Source: Longimicrobiales bacterium
GTDB taxonomy: Bacteria > Gemmatimonadota > Gemmatimonadetes > Longimicrobiales > Gaopeijiaceae
Reading direction: 5' to 3'
DNA: 64,000 nucleotides
NCBI GenBank assembly: GCA_965204735.1
Contig: OZ242008.1
Location: 3,200,001 to 3,264,000 of the forward strand
Numbering within the stretch: position 1 is the stretch's first letter; every line of letters begins with the position of its first letter. The translations under genes were made by a program, and so were the position numbers. Below the pieces are notes generated by a model, which saw only the letters and a list, made by a program, of their open reading frames with translations, had not been told where the DNA came from and did no database searches. Of this stretch, positions 46,873-59,219 are shown piece by piece.

Positions 46873-47693
46873 GGATTCGGTTCCGGCTCCTTCGGCAGGT
46901 CGAGGACTGTCTGGTTGGGATCGTGGCGGCCCAGCGCGGTCCTTGCGGCCTCGCGGACCTGGAGGTCCAGGTCGTCGAGGCCGAGCATCCACTCCAGGTA
47001 GTCGGGCGTGGTCCGGGCCACTTCGTCGAGGGGCGTGCCCCGGTGCTTGCCCCGGCGGAAGACGAGGGCGCCGTTCTCGGTCTTGGAGAACCATCGGTCG
47101 AACTCGGACTCGTAGGGCGCGAATTCGTCGCAGTAGGCGTGAAGGTCGTCGATGCTCCGAGGCAGGTCCGCGTACTTCTCCAGCTGAGCCTCCAGCACGG
47201 ATACCGTGGTGCGGATGTCGCCCAGAGCCGAGTGCGCGTCTTCGTGACCCCGATTCAGGTAGAACTGCGCGGCCGCCGCCAAGTCCCGGCGTTCCTTGCT
47301 GTGGAAGATCACCTGCATGTCCACGAGGCGTCGGTTCCCGACCTCGAAGGGAACGCCCGCCCGGCGAAACTCGGCGACGAGCATGGGCAGGTCGTAGCGC
47401 CGGATGTTGAACCCGGCCAGGTCGCACGTGCCGAGGAAGTCGGCCAGGGACTTGGCGCGGCTGCGGAAGGGCGGCTTGTCCGCCACGTCCTCGTCGGTGA
47501 TTTCGTGAACCTTGGTGGCCTCGGGCGGGATCGGCATCCCGGGGTTGAAGCGGCGAACCCGCTCGTCCTGCCCGCCCTCCGGGGTGATCTTGACCGCCGC
47601 CATCTCCACGATCCGGTCGTGCACCACGCTGAGTCCCGTCGTCTCCAGGTCGAAGAACACGACCGGCTGTTCGAGCTTGAAGGGAAGCTTCAT
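46869..47693 (-). CDS. DEDDh 3'-5' exonuclease (DnaQ/Pol III epsilon-like)
   Basis: FFDLETTG, GFNIRRYD, HSALGD; C-terminal GKHRG...YLEWML. Confidence 0.9.
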   Translation of the reverse strand: MKLPFKLEQPVVFFDLETTGLSVVHDRIVEMAAVKITPEGGQDERVRRFNPGMPIPPEATKVHEITDEDVADKPPFRSRAKSLADFLGTCDLAGFNIRRYDLPMLVAEFRRAGVPFEVGNRRLVDMQVIFHSKERRDLAAAAQFYLNRGHEDAHSALGDIRTTVSVLEAQLEKYADLPRSIDDLHAYCDEFAPYESEFDRWFSKTENGALVFRRGKHRGTPLDEVARTTPDYLEWMLGLDDLDLQVREAARTALGRHDPNQTVLDLPKEPEPNP

Positions 47694-47790
47694 TGGGCAG
47701 GGGCAGGGCAAGGAGGACGGGCGGAAGCAAGGGCGGGGCATGGGGAAGCGGGGGCGAACGGGGGATCATTGGGACCCGTTCGGATCGACG

Positions 47791-50760
47791 TCAAGGGGAG
47801 CGGGCGCTCCGACCGGCGGCACGCTTGCCGGCCCGTCTCGGGAGGCGCTTGCCGGCCCGCACCGACGGCTCCGCGCACCACTTGCGCCGCAGCAGGTCCA
47901 GCGGTTCCTCGATCGCGTCCCAATCCAGCTCCAGCAAGTCCTGCAGCACGCAGCCGTCGAGCCTCTTGCGGAGTGGGTCGTCGTCCGCTCGGCAGGCGGG
48001 AAGGAACTCCAAGCGGCGCACTTCGTCGAAGAGCGCCGAGGCCGCGCGGAGCTGGTCCGGCGCAAGGGCCGTCACGTCCAGGAACGGCATGCGCCGGATC
48101 GCCGTCACCGGCATCCGGCCCCGTCCGGCCTGCTGCTTGCTCGCGTGATGCCAGTACTGGACAAGGCCGAGCGTCGTGTTGGCCCACAGGCAGTACGCCT
48201 TCTCGTGCGCCTGCGAGGGCAGCTGGACGTTGGGCCAGCCGATCCCGCCGATCGTCCTTCCTTCGGTGAACGCCGCGGCGAGGGCCTGGGACGTGAAGCG
48301 GAGATCGCAGTTGTGGTGAGCCCAGCTGCGGGTGCTCCAGATGCGGCTCGCCTTGTCTTCCCGTCCTTCTCGAACCACGCCGTGAGTGTCGGCCTCGACG
48401 ATCATTTGCCTTTGTCCAACGGCGTCGTTGCGCCAAAGCATGGGGTAGCTCGGCTCGCCCACGATCGGGTAGCGGTCGAATGCGGCGCTTCGGTTGTTGG
48501 CGATGTTGTTGGCGGCCCAGCCCACGTTCCCGAACTCGCCCACCGGCCGCACGCACAGCTTCGCCGCGTCGGCCCGGTCCATGGTAGGAAGCCATAGAAG
48601 CCCTTGGGACAGCTGATGGGCGGACTGGCACAAGGACAAGTCGCCGACGGGAACGCTGGACCACGGGCCCGGTCCCAGCGGCGCGTCGACGGCTTCGCCG
48701 ATCCGCTCTTCGCCGACCAGCAGCGGCGTGCCGCCGAAGGGGCCTCCCTCCAGCGTCTTCGTTCGCCCGTTCGTTCTTGCTGCTTGGACCGCTCGCGCGA
48801 ACTCGGTGGCCTCCATGGCGTTCGCGGGCCGCCGACGCAACGTCGCGAAGAGACCCCTGCCGCAGGCCGGCGCGGCGCTCTTCCGGCCGGTCAGCAGGAC
48901 CTCGGCCATGTGGGTGTCCGCCGACCACGACTGGTCGATGCCGCGAGCTGCCGCCACGCCGACGACGACCACGTCCTCGTATCGGGCGGTGAACAGCTCC
49001 CGCACGCCCCTCCAGCTCGTTCCCTGCACGGCGGTCAGCGGCAACACCAATGCGACCGCGCCGTCTTTCTTGGTCATTCGGTCCGCGACGGCCACGAACG
49101 CCGACGCAATCCCCGCCGAGCCGTGATAGCAAGTCCCGCGGCACACTTCCTTCTCCCGCTCCGTCATCCGCTTCTGCACGTCTCGGCTCGTGCCCAGTCC
49201 GCGGTACTGCTTCCACTGTCCTTCCGCACCCGGCTCCCAGTCGGACATGGCCCGAGTAAACGGCGGATTCATGATCACCAAGTCCTGGCTGGACGGCGGC
49301 GCCTGAACTGCAAACTCGCTGCGCTTGCCCGACTTGCCAGCCAGCGCTGTGGGCGCGCTCATGGGAAAGAGCGACGGCAGGACTTCCGTGTCGCCGAGGA
49401 GATCGACGGCGCCCAGGGCCGTGCTCCTGTCGGCCCTTTCCCCGTATTCGGCGATGAGCACGCGGGAGTTGTCGTACACGACGCTGGGGTGCACCGACGA
49501 CAACATGGCGGCCGTAAGGTGCGCCGCGGACGGAACGATGTCGCAAGCGGTAAGCGACTCTTCCATCATCCGGCCGTGCAACGCCTCGGGGGATCCGCCA
49601 CGCACTTCGTGGAGGCGGTTGATCCGATGGTAGGCCGCGTGAATCAACGTGCCGGTGCCACATGCGTAGTCGGCGACGCGGAAGGCGGCGACGCGCCGCC
49701 TGCTCTTCCAGCCCGACTCGGGCACGGCCATGTGCGCAAGCATCGCCGCCGACTCGGAGCGCGTGTAGTATGAAGCAAGGTACTTGCGATCGCCGATGAA
49801 GCGCTGAAAGACCGTGCCGGCCAAGTCGTGGGACCGGGCCACGCCAAGGGCAGCCAGCTTCGCGGCCGTGGCGGCGATCACGTCGAGTGCATCGTCGGCG
49901 TCGCGGGGAGGGTTCACTCCCGCCAAGAGCTCGCGGGCCAAGTGGAAGATCGACCAATAGTTGATCTGGAGAACTCTTTGCCACTCCGCCAGCACGCCAG
50001 CTTGGTTCAACTCTTCTTCTGCGCGCATCTGCGCCAAGTTCTTGACGCTTTGGTTGCCTGCCAAGCCTTCTTGGAAGACCATCGCGTTGATCATGATCGT
50101 GGCCGCGATGCCCAGCATTTGGTCCAGCTTGCTCTCGTGGTAGTCCTGCTTGAGCGCCTGGGCGATCCGCCGCTTCCAGTCCTCGCTTTGGGACGCAGCG
50201 TCCCGGAGCAGTGCGATCACGTCCGCCACGCCCGCTTCCAGAACGCCGATCGACTTGCGAAGGGCGTCGGCCGAAACGCCGGCTTGGTCCAAGAAGAGGG
50301 CAAGGTCGGTCACCGTCCCGCTCAACCAGCCGGAGTTGGGAAACCGCTCGACGGCGTCGGCCGAAGCGCCGCTGAAGAGCGCGTACTCCAGCTTGGCGCC
50401 TCCTCCTTCGGCGCCGACGGCCAGCGCAACGGACACCTCTTGGGGCGTCTGGCACGTCGAGAGCGAAAGGGGCGTGCGCAACGCGACGGCGGAGCGGACG
50501 ATCCCGTACCGCTGCACCTTTTGCGAGTCGAGAGCCTCGCCAAGTCGGGACCGCGCCTCCGCCTCGACGGTGCGGGCCGGCATCCATTCGTTTTCCACGA
50601 CCACGGGCTGGCGCCCGTAAGTGGTCAGAAGGATGTCCGGACACTTGGCGCTGTCTCGGAAGCAGTTCGTTTCCGGGAAGACGCGCCAGCGGGCGCTCAT
50701 TCCAGTCAACAAGTCGGCCAAGCTCCCGTTGACCAGCTGTTCGGCAAGGCGAGGCGTCAT
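47791..50760 (-). CDS. Single-chain restriction-modification enzyme, type IIG-like (nuclease-like N-terminus, N6-adenine MTase, putative TRD)
   Basis: PDILL...VVVENE nuclease-like motif, YYT, DYACGTGTL (motif I), IMNPPF (motif IV); visibly more A/T at third positions than neighbours. Confidence 0.8.
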   Translation of the reverse strand: MTPRLAEQLVNGSLADLLTGMSARWRVFPETNCFRDSAKCPDILLTTYGRQPVVVENEWMPARTVEAEARSRLGEALDSQKVQRYGIVRSAVALRTPLSLSTCQTPQEVSVALAVGAEGGGAKLEYALFSGASADAVERFPNSGWLSGTVTDLALFLDQAGVSADALRKSIGVLEAGVADVIALLRDAASQSEDWKRRIAQALKQDYHESKLDQMLGIAATIMINAMVFQEGLAGNQSVKNLAQMRAEEELNQAGVLAEWQRVLQINYWSIFHLARELLAGVNPPRDADDALDVIAATAAKLAALGVARSHDLAGTVFQRFIGDRKYLASYYTRSESAAMLAHMAVPESGWKSRRRVAAFRVADYACGTGTLIHAAYHRINRLHEVRGGSPEALHGRMMEESLTACDIVPSAAHLTAAMLSSVHPSVVYDNSRVLIAEYGERADRSTALGAVDLLGDTEVLPSLFPMSAPTALAGKSGKRSEFAVQAPPSSQDLVIMNPPFTRAMSDWEPGAEGQWKQYRGLGTSRDVQKRMTEREKEVCRGTCYHGSAGIASAFVAVADRMTKKDGAVALVLPLTAVQGTSWRGVRELFTARYEDVVVVGVAAARGIDQSWSADTHMAEVLLTGRKSAAPACGRGLFATLRRRPANAMEATEFARAVQAARTNGRTKTLEGGPFGGTPLLVGEERIGEAVDAPLGPGPWSSVPVGDLSLCQSAHQLSQGLLWLPTMDRADAAKLCVRPVGEFGNVGWAANNIANNRSAAFDRYPIVGEPSYPMLWRNDAVGQRQMIVEADTHGVVREGREDKASRIWSTRSWAHHNCDLRFTSQALAAAFTEGRTIGGIGWPNVQLPSQAHEKAYCLWANTTLGLVQYWHHASKQQAGRGRMPVTAIRRMPFLDVTALAPDQLRAASALFDEVRRLEFLPACRADDDPLRKRLDGCVLQDLLELDWDAIEEPLDLLRRKWCAEPSVRAGKRLPRRAGKRAAGRSARSP

Positions 50761-50916
50761 TTCGATACCGGGAGACTTGTCGATTCCGGAGACTTGGCCA
50801 CGGGAAGCACTTGTGCGCTTCGAATGTCGCAACTTCGACGGCGGCGTCAACCGCCGCGCGGGGCTTCCGGGAGTCGCGGGAACCTTAGCCTGAGTCGGAG
50901 GGACCTTCGACGGCAG

Positions 50917-52668
50917 CTACCGTCCCCCGCCTCCCGCCTCCACGAACCCCCGGGCCTCTTCCAGCCCCGCCACGCCGTCGCGCCCCTTCCACAGCTCGGC
51001 GACCTGACGGAACGCCACGACCGCCTTCTCCCGGTCGCCGACGGCCGCCAGCGCCCTGCCCAGCCCCAACAGCGACCGCGGCCGGTTGGGCATGCGCTCC
51101 AGCGACGTCTCGAACATCGGGACCGCGTCGGCCGGGCGGTCCATCTCCAGGAGCATCTCGCCGTAGAGCTCGTGGACGGGCTTGACCGGGTTCGCCGAGC
51201 CTCGGGGCGGCGCCATGGCCTCGACGGCGGCCACCGCCTTGTCCATGGAGGAAACGGCCATCTCCGCATGGCCCATCGCGGCATGGAGGAGCCCGTCGAC
51301 CTGCAAGTGCATCACGTGGTCGTAGCCGCTTCCGTCCGAGTTGTCGGCCAAGGCTTCGGCGGCGGCCTCCAGCGCCGCCATGTCGCCCGTGCGGGCCGCG
51401 CTCAGGCCCGTGGCCAGCAGCTCGTGGGCGGTCGACTCGTCGGTCGGCGGCGTCACCTCCCACTCTTCCGTTTCCACCACGTAGCGCGCCTTCAGCAGGG
51501 GCACCGCGCCCCGAGCCCGGGCCGTGCCCGCCGAACCCCTTGCGCCGCCCGCCTCGAAGCCGTCGTGCTGGACCATCTCCGCCAAGCGCTCCATCCAGAC
51601 CCGCGCCTTGGCGTAGTCGCCGCGCTGCAGGTCGCCGTAGTGGCCCCAGTCGAGCGAGTGCACCGCGTCGCCCAGGGCGTCGCCGGGCGTCCACAGCTCC
51701 ACCGCCACGTCGTAGGCCGATTGGTTGTGGCCGGCCACCAACTCCCACATGCCGTGCTGGATGAAGATGTGCGTGGGCATGTGGCGGGCGTGGGAGACGG
51801 CCGGCGCGATGTCGGCGAAGGCGTGGGCGGCGTCCAGCGCCAGGGGCGCCATGAGGGGGTTGTCGAAGGAGTGGATGGTGTAGTGGGCCGCGCCCGGATG
51901 GTTCGGGTTCTGGTTGAAGAGCTTCAGCGCGATCGTCCCTGCGCGGACGTTCCACCGCTCGCTCAGGTCGCCGGTGGCCCGGGTCGCCCCCAGCAGGGCG
52001 AGGGAATAGAAGGCTGCGATCTCCGGGTCGTCGGGGTAGGCGTCGTGGAGGTTGGCCATCGACTCCATGTACTCGACGCGCCGGGCCTCGTGGTCGCCGT
52101 CGCCCCAGAGGATCTCGACCGCCCGCATGAAGCCCTTCTCGCGCGCCGTGGGCGCCTTGGCGATCCGCTCCTCGGGCGTGGGCGCCAAGCGGGCCAGGGC
52201 CTTCCGGGGCTCGGTCGGGTCCATCTCGGTGACCAGGGGGTGGTTGTAGGCCAGCGATTCGGCCCAGTACGCCATTGCGAAGTCCGGGTCGATCTCCTGG
52301 GCCGCGTGGAACTGCTCCCGGGCCTGCTTCCAGCCGAAGCTGTGCAGGATCGCCACGCCTCGCAGAAAGTGGTCCTGGGCCTTGCCCGTGGCCGACGTGG
52401 GGAAGTCGATCGAGCCCACGGCGTCGAACTGGGCCCGAGCCTGGGGCGCGCCGGCAACCCCGGCCAGGAGGACGACGCCGGCCGTCGCGACGGCGGACCG
52501 GAAGGCACCGGCGAGGCGGGGGCGGCAGCGTCGGCGGAAGGCGCCGAGGCGGCGGCAGGATCCGGCGGCGGCAAGGCGTCCGGCGGGTCCTGCGGCGGCG
52601 GAGCGTCCGGTGGCGTCGGAGCGTCCGGCGGGTCCTGCGGGGGTCGGCGTCGCGGTGCTCTTGGTCAT
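50917..52668 (-). CDS. Secreted TPR-repeat protein
   Basis: Signal peptide (AQA/ARA), AQDHFLRGVAILHSFG, NHPGAAHYTIH, HARHMPTHIF, C-terminal TPRs; AAGGA RBS. Confidence 0.8.
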   Translation of the reverse strand: MTKSTATPTPAGPAGRSDATGRSAAAGPAGRLAAAGSCRRLGAFRRRCRPRLAGAFRSAVATAGVVLLAGVAGAPQARAQFDAVGSIDFPTSATGKAQDHFLRGVAILHSFGWKQAREQFHAAQEIDPDFAMAYWAESLAYNHPLVTEMDPTEPRKALARLAPTPEERIAKAPTAREKGFMRAVEILWGDGDHEARRVEYMESMANLHDAYPDDPEIAAFYSLALLGATRATGDLSERWNVRAGTIALKLFNQNPNHPGAAHYTIHSFDNPLMAPLALDAAHAFADIAPAVSHARHMPTHIFIQHGMWELVAGHNQSAYDVAVELWTPGDALGDAVHSLDWGHYGDLQRGDYAKARVWMERLAEMVQHDGFEAGGARGSAGTARARGAVPLLKARYVVETEEWEVTPPTDESTAHELLATGLSAARTGDMAALEAAAEALADNSDGSGYDHVMHLQVDGLLHAAMGHAEMAVSSMDKAVAAVEAMAPPRGSANPVKPVHELYGEMLLEMDRPADAVPMFETSLERMPNRPRSLLGLGRALAAVGDREKAVVAFRQVAELWKGRDGVAGLEEARGFVEAGGGGR

Positions 52669-52699
52669 GGTGTCGTCCTTTGTCGTTGAAGCTTCGTCG

Positions 52700-54136
52700 T
52701 CATGCGTCGGCGACGGCCGCCGCCATGTTGTCGAGGGCCGTCTTCACCACCCGGCGGGGCGACGCCAAGTTCATGCGCATGTAGCCGCCGCCACCCGTTC
52801 CGTAGCTCGACCCGGGGTTGAGGAACACGCCCGCGCGCTCGGCGAACCACCGCTGCACGACCTTCTCGGGCGTCACGGGCTCGCTGGCCTTGGCGCTCTC
52901 GCGGGCGGCCGTCCCCTCGGCGTCGATCCGGGCCGCCAGCGCCGACGTGTCCAGCCACGCCAAGTAGGTGCCCTGCGCCTTGGCGTAGCCGACCATCGGC
53001 ATCTTGTCGCGAACGTACGACTCGACGAAGTCGTGGTTGGCGTCCAGGTAGACGAGGAGGTCGTCCAGCCAGGGCTCGCCTTCGTCCAGCGCCGCCCGGG
53101 TCGCCACCATGCCCAGGGTGCTCAGGTCGGCGCGGGTGTTGCTCTTCACCCGTTCCAGGTAGTCGGGGTTCGTGGTGTGGTACCACGCCACCTTCATTGC
53201 CGCCAAGCTGAAGGACTTGCTCGCCGACTTGAAGGTCAGGCTGTTGTTCACGATCTCCTTCTCGGGCAGGCTGGCGAAGGGCGTGTACGCGGCGCCCTTG
53301 GTCACGAAGTCGCAGTGAATCTCGTCGGCCAGGACCACGACCCTGTGCCGCAGGCATATCTCGCCCATCCGCACGAGGTCCTCGGGGGACCAGCAGTTGC
53401 CCGTGGGGTTCTGCGGGTTGCACAGGATGAAGGTGTTGCAGCGCTGCGCCCGCCGCTCGAAGTCGTCGAAGTCGATCGACCAGCGTCCGTTCTCCACGAC
53501 CATGGGGCAGTCCTCCGCCACCGTGCGGGTGAACCGCAGGTCGGTGTAGAAGCCGGCGTAGGTCGGGGTGGTCATGAGGACGCGGCCTCCGGGGGGCGAG
53601 AACGTGTGCAGCGCCGCGATGATCCCCGGGTGCACGCCGGTCGTGAAGACGATCGCCGCCGGGTCGATCTCCAGCCCGTAGCGCCGCTGGTTCCACCGGG
53701 CGACTGCTTCCGCGTACGACGCCGGACGGTGCAGGTAGCCCCAGTTCTCGTGGAGGCACCGTTCCGCCAGCGCCCGCGTGACGCACGGGGCCGCCCGGAA
53801 GTCCATGTCGGCCACGCCCATCCCGGCCACCACGCCCGGTCCGTACTCCGCGACGGCCTTGTCCCAGCGGACGCTGTCGGTGCCGGTCCGTTCGTAGACC
53901 TCGTCGAAGTCGTACTCGGCCGGGCCCGGCAATGGCCGAGCGGGCGCAGCCGCATCGACGCCGGAAAGCTCCCGGGCCGCCGCGGCGCTGCCCGCCGCGC
54001 CCAGAAGCGTCGCCGAACCCGCTCTGCGCAGGAAGCGTCTCCGGTCGAGTCCCCGCCGCTGGTCGATTCCCCGCCGCCTGTGCCCCGGCCGTCCCTCCGT
54101 CCCCTGCTTGCGGTCCACGTCGATCGCACGCCGCAT
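52700..54136 (-). CDS. MalY/PatB-family PLP enzyme (cystathionine beta-lyase-like) with twin-arginine signal
   Basis: VADMDF, CNPQNPTG, DEIHCD, SASKSF, GTYLAWLD; N-terminal DRRRFLRRAG plus Ala-rich h-region; GGAGGAG RBS. Confidence 0.85.
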   Translation of the reverse strand: MRRAIDVDRKQGTEGRPGHRRRGIDQRRGLDRRRFLRRAGSATLLGAAGSAAAARELSGVDAAAPARPLPGPAEYDFDEVYERTGTDSVRWDKAVAEYGPGVVAGMGVADMDFRAAPCVTRALAERCLHENWGYLHRPASYAEAVARWNQRRYGLEIDPAAIVFTTGVHPGIIAALHTFSPPGGRVLMTTPTYAGFYTDLRFTRTVAEDCPMVVENGRWSIDFDDFERRAQRCNTFILCNPQNPTGNCWSPEDLVRMGEICLRHRVVVLADEIHCDFVTKGAAYTPFASLPEKEIVNNSLTFKSASKSFSLAAMKVAWYHTTNPDYLERVKSNTRADLSTLGMVATRAALDEGEPWLDDLLVYLDANHDFVESYVRDKMPMVGYAKAQGTYLAWLDTSALAARIDAEGTAARESAKASEPVTPEKVVQRWFAERAGVFLNPGSSYGTGGGGYMRMNLASPRRVVKTALDNMAAAVADA

Positions 54137-54313
54137 TTGCCGGCATCTCCTCCGTCGGGTCCTTCCGGGGGTTCGCGCAAGCCCCGTCTTGGCGACAGAA
54201 TGGAGCCCGCGGGCGAACTGCGCAAGATTCGGGCCAGCGGCCGTCCCCTTCGTGAGCAGCCCGTCGCCTGCTTCGCCCCGCAGGGAAGTTGCTTCACTCC
54301 GTAGATTGAACCC

Positions 54314-56545
54314 ATGACGACGACGCCCATCACGACGACGGCGACGACGGCGGCCCAGCGCGGCACGGCGATCCAGGGGCTCCCCCGGCCCCTGGCCCGG
54401 GCGATGGAGGAGTACGCCGAGCGCCTGGACGTGGACGCCGTGCGGACCGCCTACCAGCTGGCGGCGGACGCCCACGCCGGCCAGAAGCGAGCGTCCGGGG
54501 AGCCTTTCGTCAACCACGCCGTGGAAGTGGCCACCATCGTCGCCCAGCTTCGGCTGGACACCGGCTCGCTGGCGTCGGCGCTGGTCCACGACGTGGTGGA
54601 GGACACCGCCGTCTCTCTTCAAGGGGTTCGGGACGCCCTGGGCGACGAAGTCGGCGCGATCGTGGACGGCGTCACCAAGATCGGGCGGGTGCGCTTCAGG
54701 TCCCACACCGAAGCCCAGGTCGAGAACTACCGGAAGCTGCTGCTTTCGATGGCGAAGGACGTGCGCGTCATCCTGGTCAAGCTGGCGGACCGCCTTCACA
54801 ACATGCGGACGCTGGGGTACCTGCGCCCGGGGAAGCAGGCACCGATCGCCCGGGAGACGTTGGAGATCTATGCGCCCCTGGCCCACCGCCTGGGGATGGC
54901 CGCGGTCAAGTGGGAGCTGGAGGACCTGGCCTTCAAGTACTTGGACCCCGACTCCTACGACGCCCTGCGCAAGCTGGTGCGGCAGCGGCGGCGGGCTCGG
55001 GAGCGGCACGTCCTGGAGATGCAGCGGCCTCTGGAGGCGATGCTGGAGAACGCCGGCATCCCGGCCGAGGTCACGGGCAGGCCCAAGCACCTCTGGTCGA
55101 TCCACCGGAAGATGACCACCCAGAACCGGGACTACGACGACATCTACGACCTGATGGCGCTTCGGGTCATCACGGAGACGATTCAGCACTGCTACGCGGC
55201 GCTCGGGATCATCCACAGCAAGTGGACGCCGGTGCAGGACCGCTTCCACGACTACGTGGCCACGCCCAAGTCCAACATGTACCAGTCGATCCACACGACC
55301 GTGTACGGGCCCGGCGGGCGGCGGTACGAGGTGCAGATCCGCACGGAAGAGATGCACAGGACCGCCGAGTACGGGATTGCCGCCCACTGGCGCTACAAGG
55401 AAGAGGGCGAAGAAACGGGCGTGGACCGGGCGCTCACCTGGTTCCGCCAGGTGCTGGAGTGGCAGCAGGAAGCGGGGGGACCCGAGGACTTCATGGAGTT
55501 CCTCCGCATGGACCTCTTCCAAGGCGAGGTCTTCGTCTTCACGCCCAAGGGCGAGGTCAAGAGGCTGCCCGTGGGCTCCTCCCCCATCGACTTCGCGTTC
55601 TCGGTGCACACGGAAGTCGGGCTGCGCTGCGCGGGCGCCAAGGTGAACGGCCGGATCGCGTCGCTCTCCAGGGAGCTGCGCAACGGCGACTCGGTGGAGA
55701 TCATCACCAGTCCGCGCCAGCGGCCCAACCGCGACTGGCTGGGGTTCGTCAAGACCTCTCGCGCCCGCCAGCGGATCCGCCAGTGGGTAAGGAGGGAGGA
55801 GTACGACCAGGCCCTGCGCCTGGGCAACGAGCTCTTCCTGCGGGAGCTGCGCAAGACCCGGCTTCCCAAGCCCGGCGAGGAGGAGATGCGCAAGGCCGCC
55901 CGGGCGCTGGGGTTCGCCAGCTTCGACAACGCGCTGGCGGCGCTGGCCCGAGGGGAGATCGCCCCGGCGGCGGTGATCAAGGCGTTCTTCCCCGGCGAGG
56001 ACCCGGCGAAGGTGGTGCGGCGCACGCCGTCGGCGCTGGAGCGGATCGCCGAGAAGATCCGCAAGTCCCAGCGGAGCGTGACGATCCAGGGGATGGACGA
56101 CCTCATGATCCGCTACTCCCGCTGCTGCCAGCCCGTGCCGGGCGACGACGTGATCGGCTACACGACCCGGGGGCGCGGCATCTCGATCCACAGGAAGGAT
56201 TGTCCCAACATCCTGGACCTGGACCGGGACCCCGCGCGGCGGGTCGAGATCGAGTGGAAGGCCGAGCGGGAGGACCGCTTCTTCGTGCACCTGGCCATGG
56301 AGGGCACCGACCGGCGAGGGCTCCTGGGCGACGTGGCCAAGACGATCACCGAGACCGCCACCGACATTCAGCACGCCGACATGCGCGCCACCGACGGCGG
56401 GATGACGGCGGCGTTCGTGGTGGAAGTGCAGAACTTGAACCATCTGAAGCGGATCATGGACGCGGTGCGGCGAGTGAAGGGCGTCGTCTCCGTTGTGCGC
56501 AGGGAGAGCTTTCGGGAGAGCGAGCTTTTAGAGGGCGGCGGCTGA
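54314..56545 (+). CDS. rel: Bifunctional (p)ppGpp synthetase/hydrolase (long RSH)
   Basis: HDVVEDT (HD), [43 protein letters not shown] domains. Confidence 0.95.
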   Translation: MTTTPITTTATTAAQRGTAIQGLPRPLARAMEEYAERLDVDAVRTAYQLAADAHAGQKRASGEPFVNHAVEVATIVAQLRLDTGSLASALVHDVVEDTAVSLQGVRDALGDEVGAIVDGVTKIGRVRFRSHTEAQVENYRKLLLSMAKDVRVILVKLADRLHNMRTLGYLRPGKQAPIARETLEIYAPLAHRLGMAAVKWELEDLAFKYLDPDSYDALRKLVRQRRRARERHVLEMQRPLEAMLENAGIPAEVTGRPKHLWSIHRKMTTQNRDYDDIYDLMALRVITETIQHCYAALGIIHSKWTPVQDRFHDYVATPKSNMYQSIHTTVYGPGGRRYEVQIRTEEMHRTAEYGIAAHWRYKEEGEETGVDRALTWFRQVLEWQQEAGGPEDFMEFLRMDLFQGEVFVFTPKGEVKRLPVGSSPIDFAFSVHTEVGLRCAGAKVNGRIASLSRELRNGDSVEIITSPRQRPNRDWLGFVKTSRARQRIRQWVRREEYDQALRLGNELFLRELRKTRLPKPGEEEMRKAARALGFASFDNALAALARGEIAPAAVIKAFFPGEDPAKVVRRTPSALERIAEKIRKSQRSVTIQGMDDLMIRYSRCCQPVPGDDVIGYTTRGRGISIHRKDCPNILDLDRDPARRVEIEWKAEREDRFFVHLAMEGTDRRGLLGDVAKTITETATDIQHADMRATDGGMTAAFVVEVQNLNHLKRIMDAVRRVKGVVSVVRRESFRESELLEGGG

Positions 56546-56547
56546 AG

Positions 56548-58556
<2,009 letters not shown>

Positions 58557-58560
<4 letters not shown>

Positions 58561-59219
58561 GGCTGACGGAGGATCGGCTGGAGGCTTGGGGCCGGCGGAT
58601 CGGAGGGGAGCTTCGGGCGGGCGTGCAGTCGGGTCTCGGGGGGGAGTTCCGGGAGGGCGCCCGCTGGGGCGTCGGGGCCGGTGGACCGGGCGGGCGGGTC
58701 GGCAGAGCTTCTGGGGACCTCCAGGAGGGCGCCCGCTGGGGCGTCGGGGCCGGTGGACCGGGCGGGCGGGTCGGCAGAGCTTCTGGGGAGTTCCGGGAGG
58801 GCGCCCGCTGGGGCGTCGGGACCGCCGGGGGGGCGTTCGTCGGGCTGCGGGGGCCGCTGGGGGCGGGGAAGTCGGTCCTGGCCCGGGCGGTGGCTCGGGG
58901 GGCGGGGGTGGAGGGGCCGATGCCGTCGCCGACCTTCAACATCCTCTTCCGGTATCCGTTGCCGGGCGGGGGCTCGGTGGTCCACGCGGACCTGTATCGG
59001 GTCCGGTCGGTGGAGGAGCTGGCGCTGCTGGGGTGGGACGACCTGCTGGCGGACCGGTCGATTGCCCTCGTGGAGTGGCCGGAGCGGGCGGCGGGCGAGC
59101 TTCCGGACGACCGCTGGGAGATCGAGCTGGCGATGTCCAGCGAGGCCGGCGTGCGCGCGGCCGTGGCTCGGCGCCACGGGACCCCCCTCGATCTGCCGGC
59201 GTGCTTGGCGGCGGAGTGA
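58557..59219 (+). CDS. tsaE: tRNA threonylcarbamoyladenosine biosynthesis ATPase TsaE with repeat insertion
   Basis: [23 protein letters not shown]; adjacent to tsaB. Confidence 0.9.
58642..58820 (+). repeat. 72-bp tandem repeat (about 2.5 units) in frame within tsaE
   Basis: gagggcgcccgctggggcgtcggg at 58653, 58725 and 58797. Confidence 0.95.

Noticed and set aside
43780..47693. Functional link between the exonuclease and the VPS10 protein
   Set aside because: The overlap depends on an uncertain start; cytoplasmic nuclease versus secreted protein, no supporting evidence
46869..50760. Exonuclease plus type IIG gene as a two-gene defence system
   Set aside because: The exonuclease has host-like codon style and looks like a common housekeeping DEDDh family; adjacency is better explained by insertion of the R-M gene
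54137..54313. Riboswitch or ncRNA in the malY-rel intergenic region
   Set aside because: No recognisable conserved RNA motif by eye; an Rfam/Infernal search would be needed
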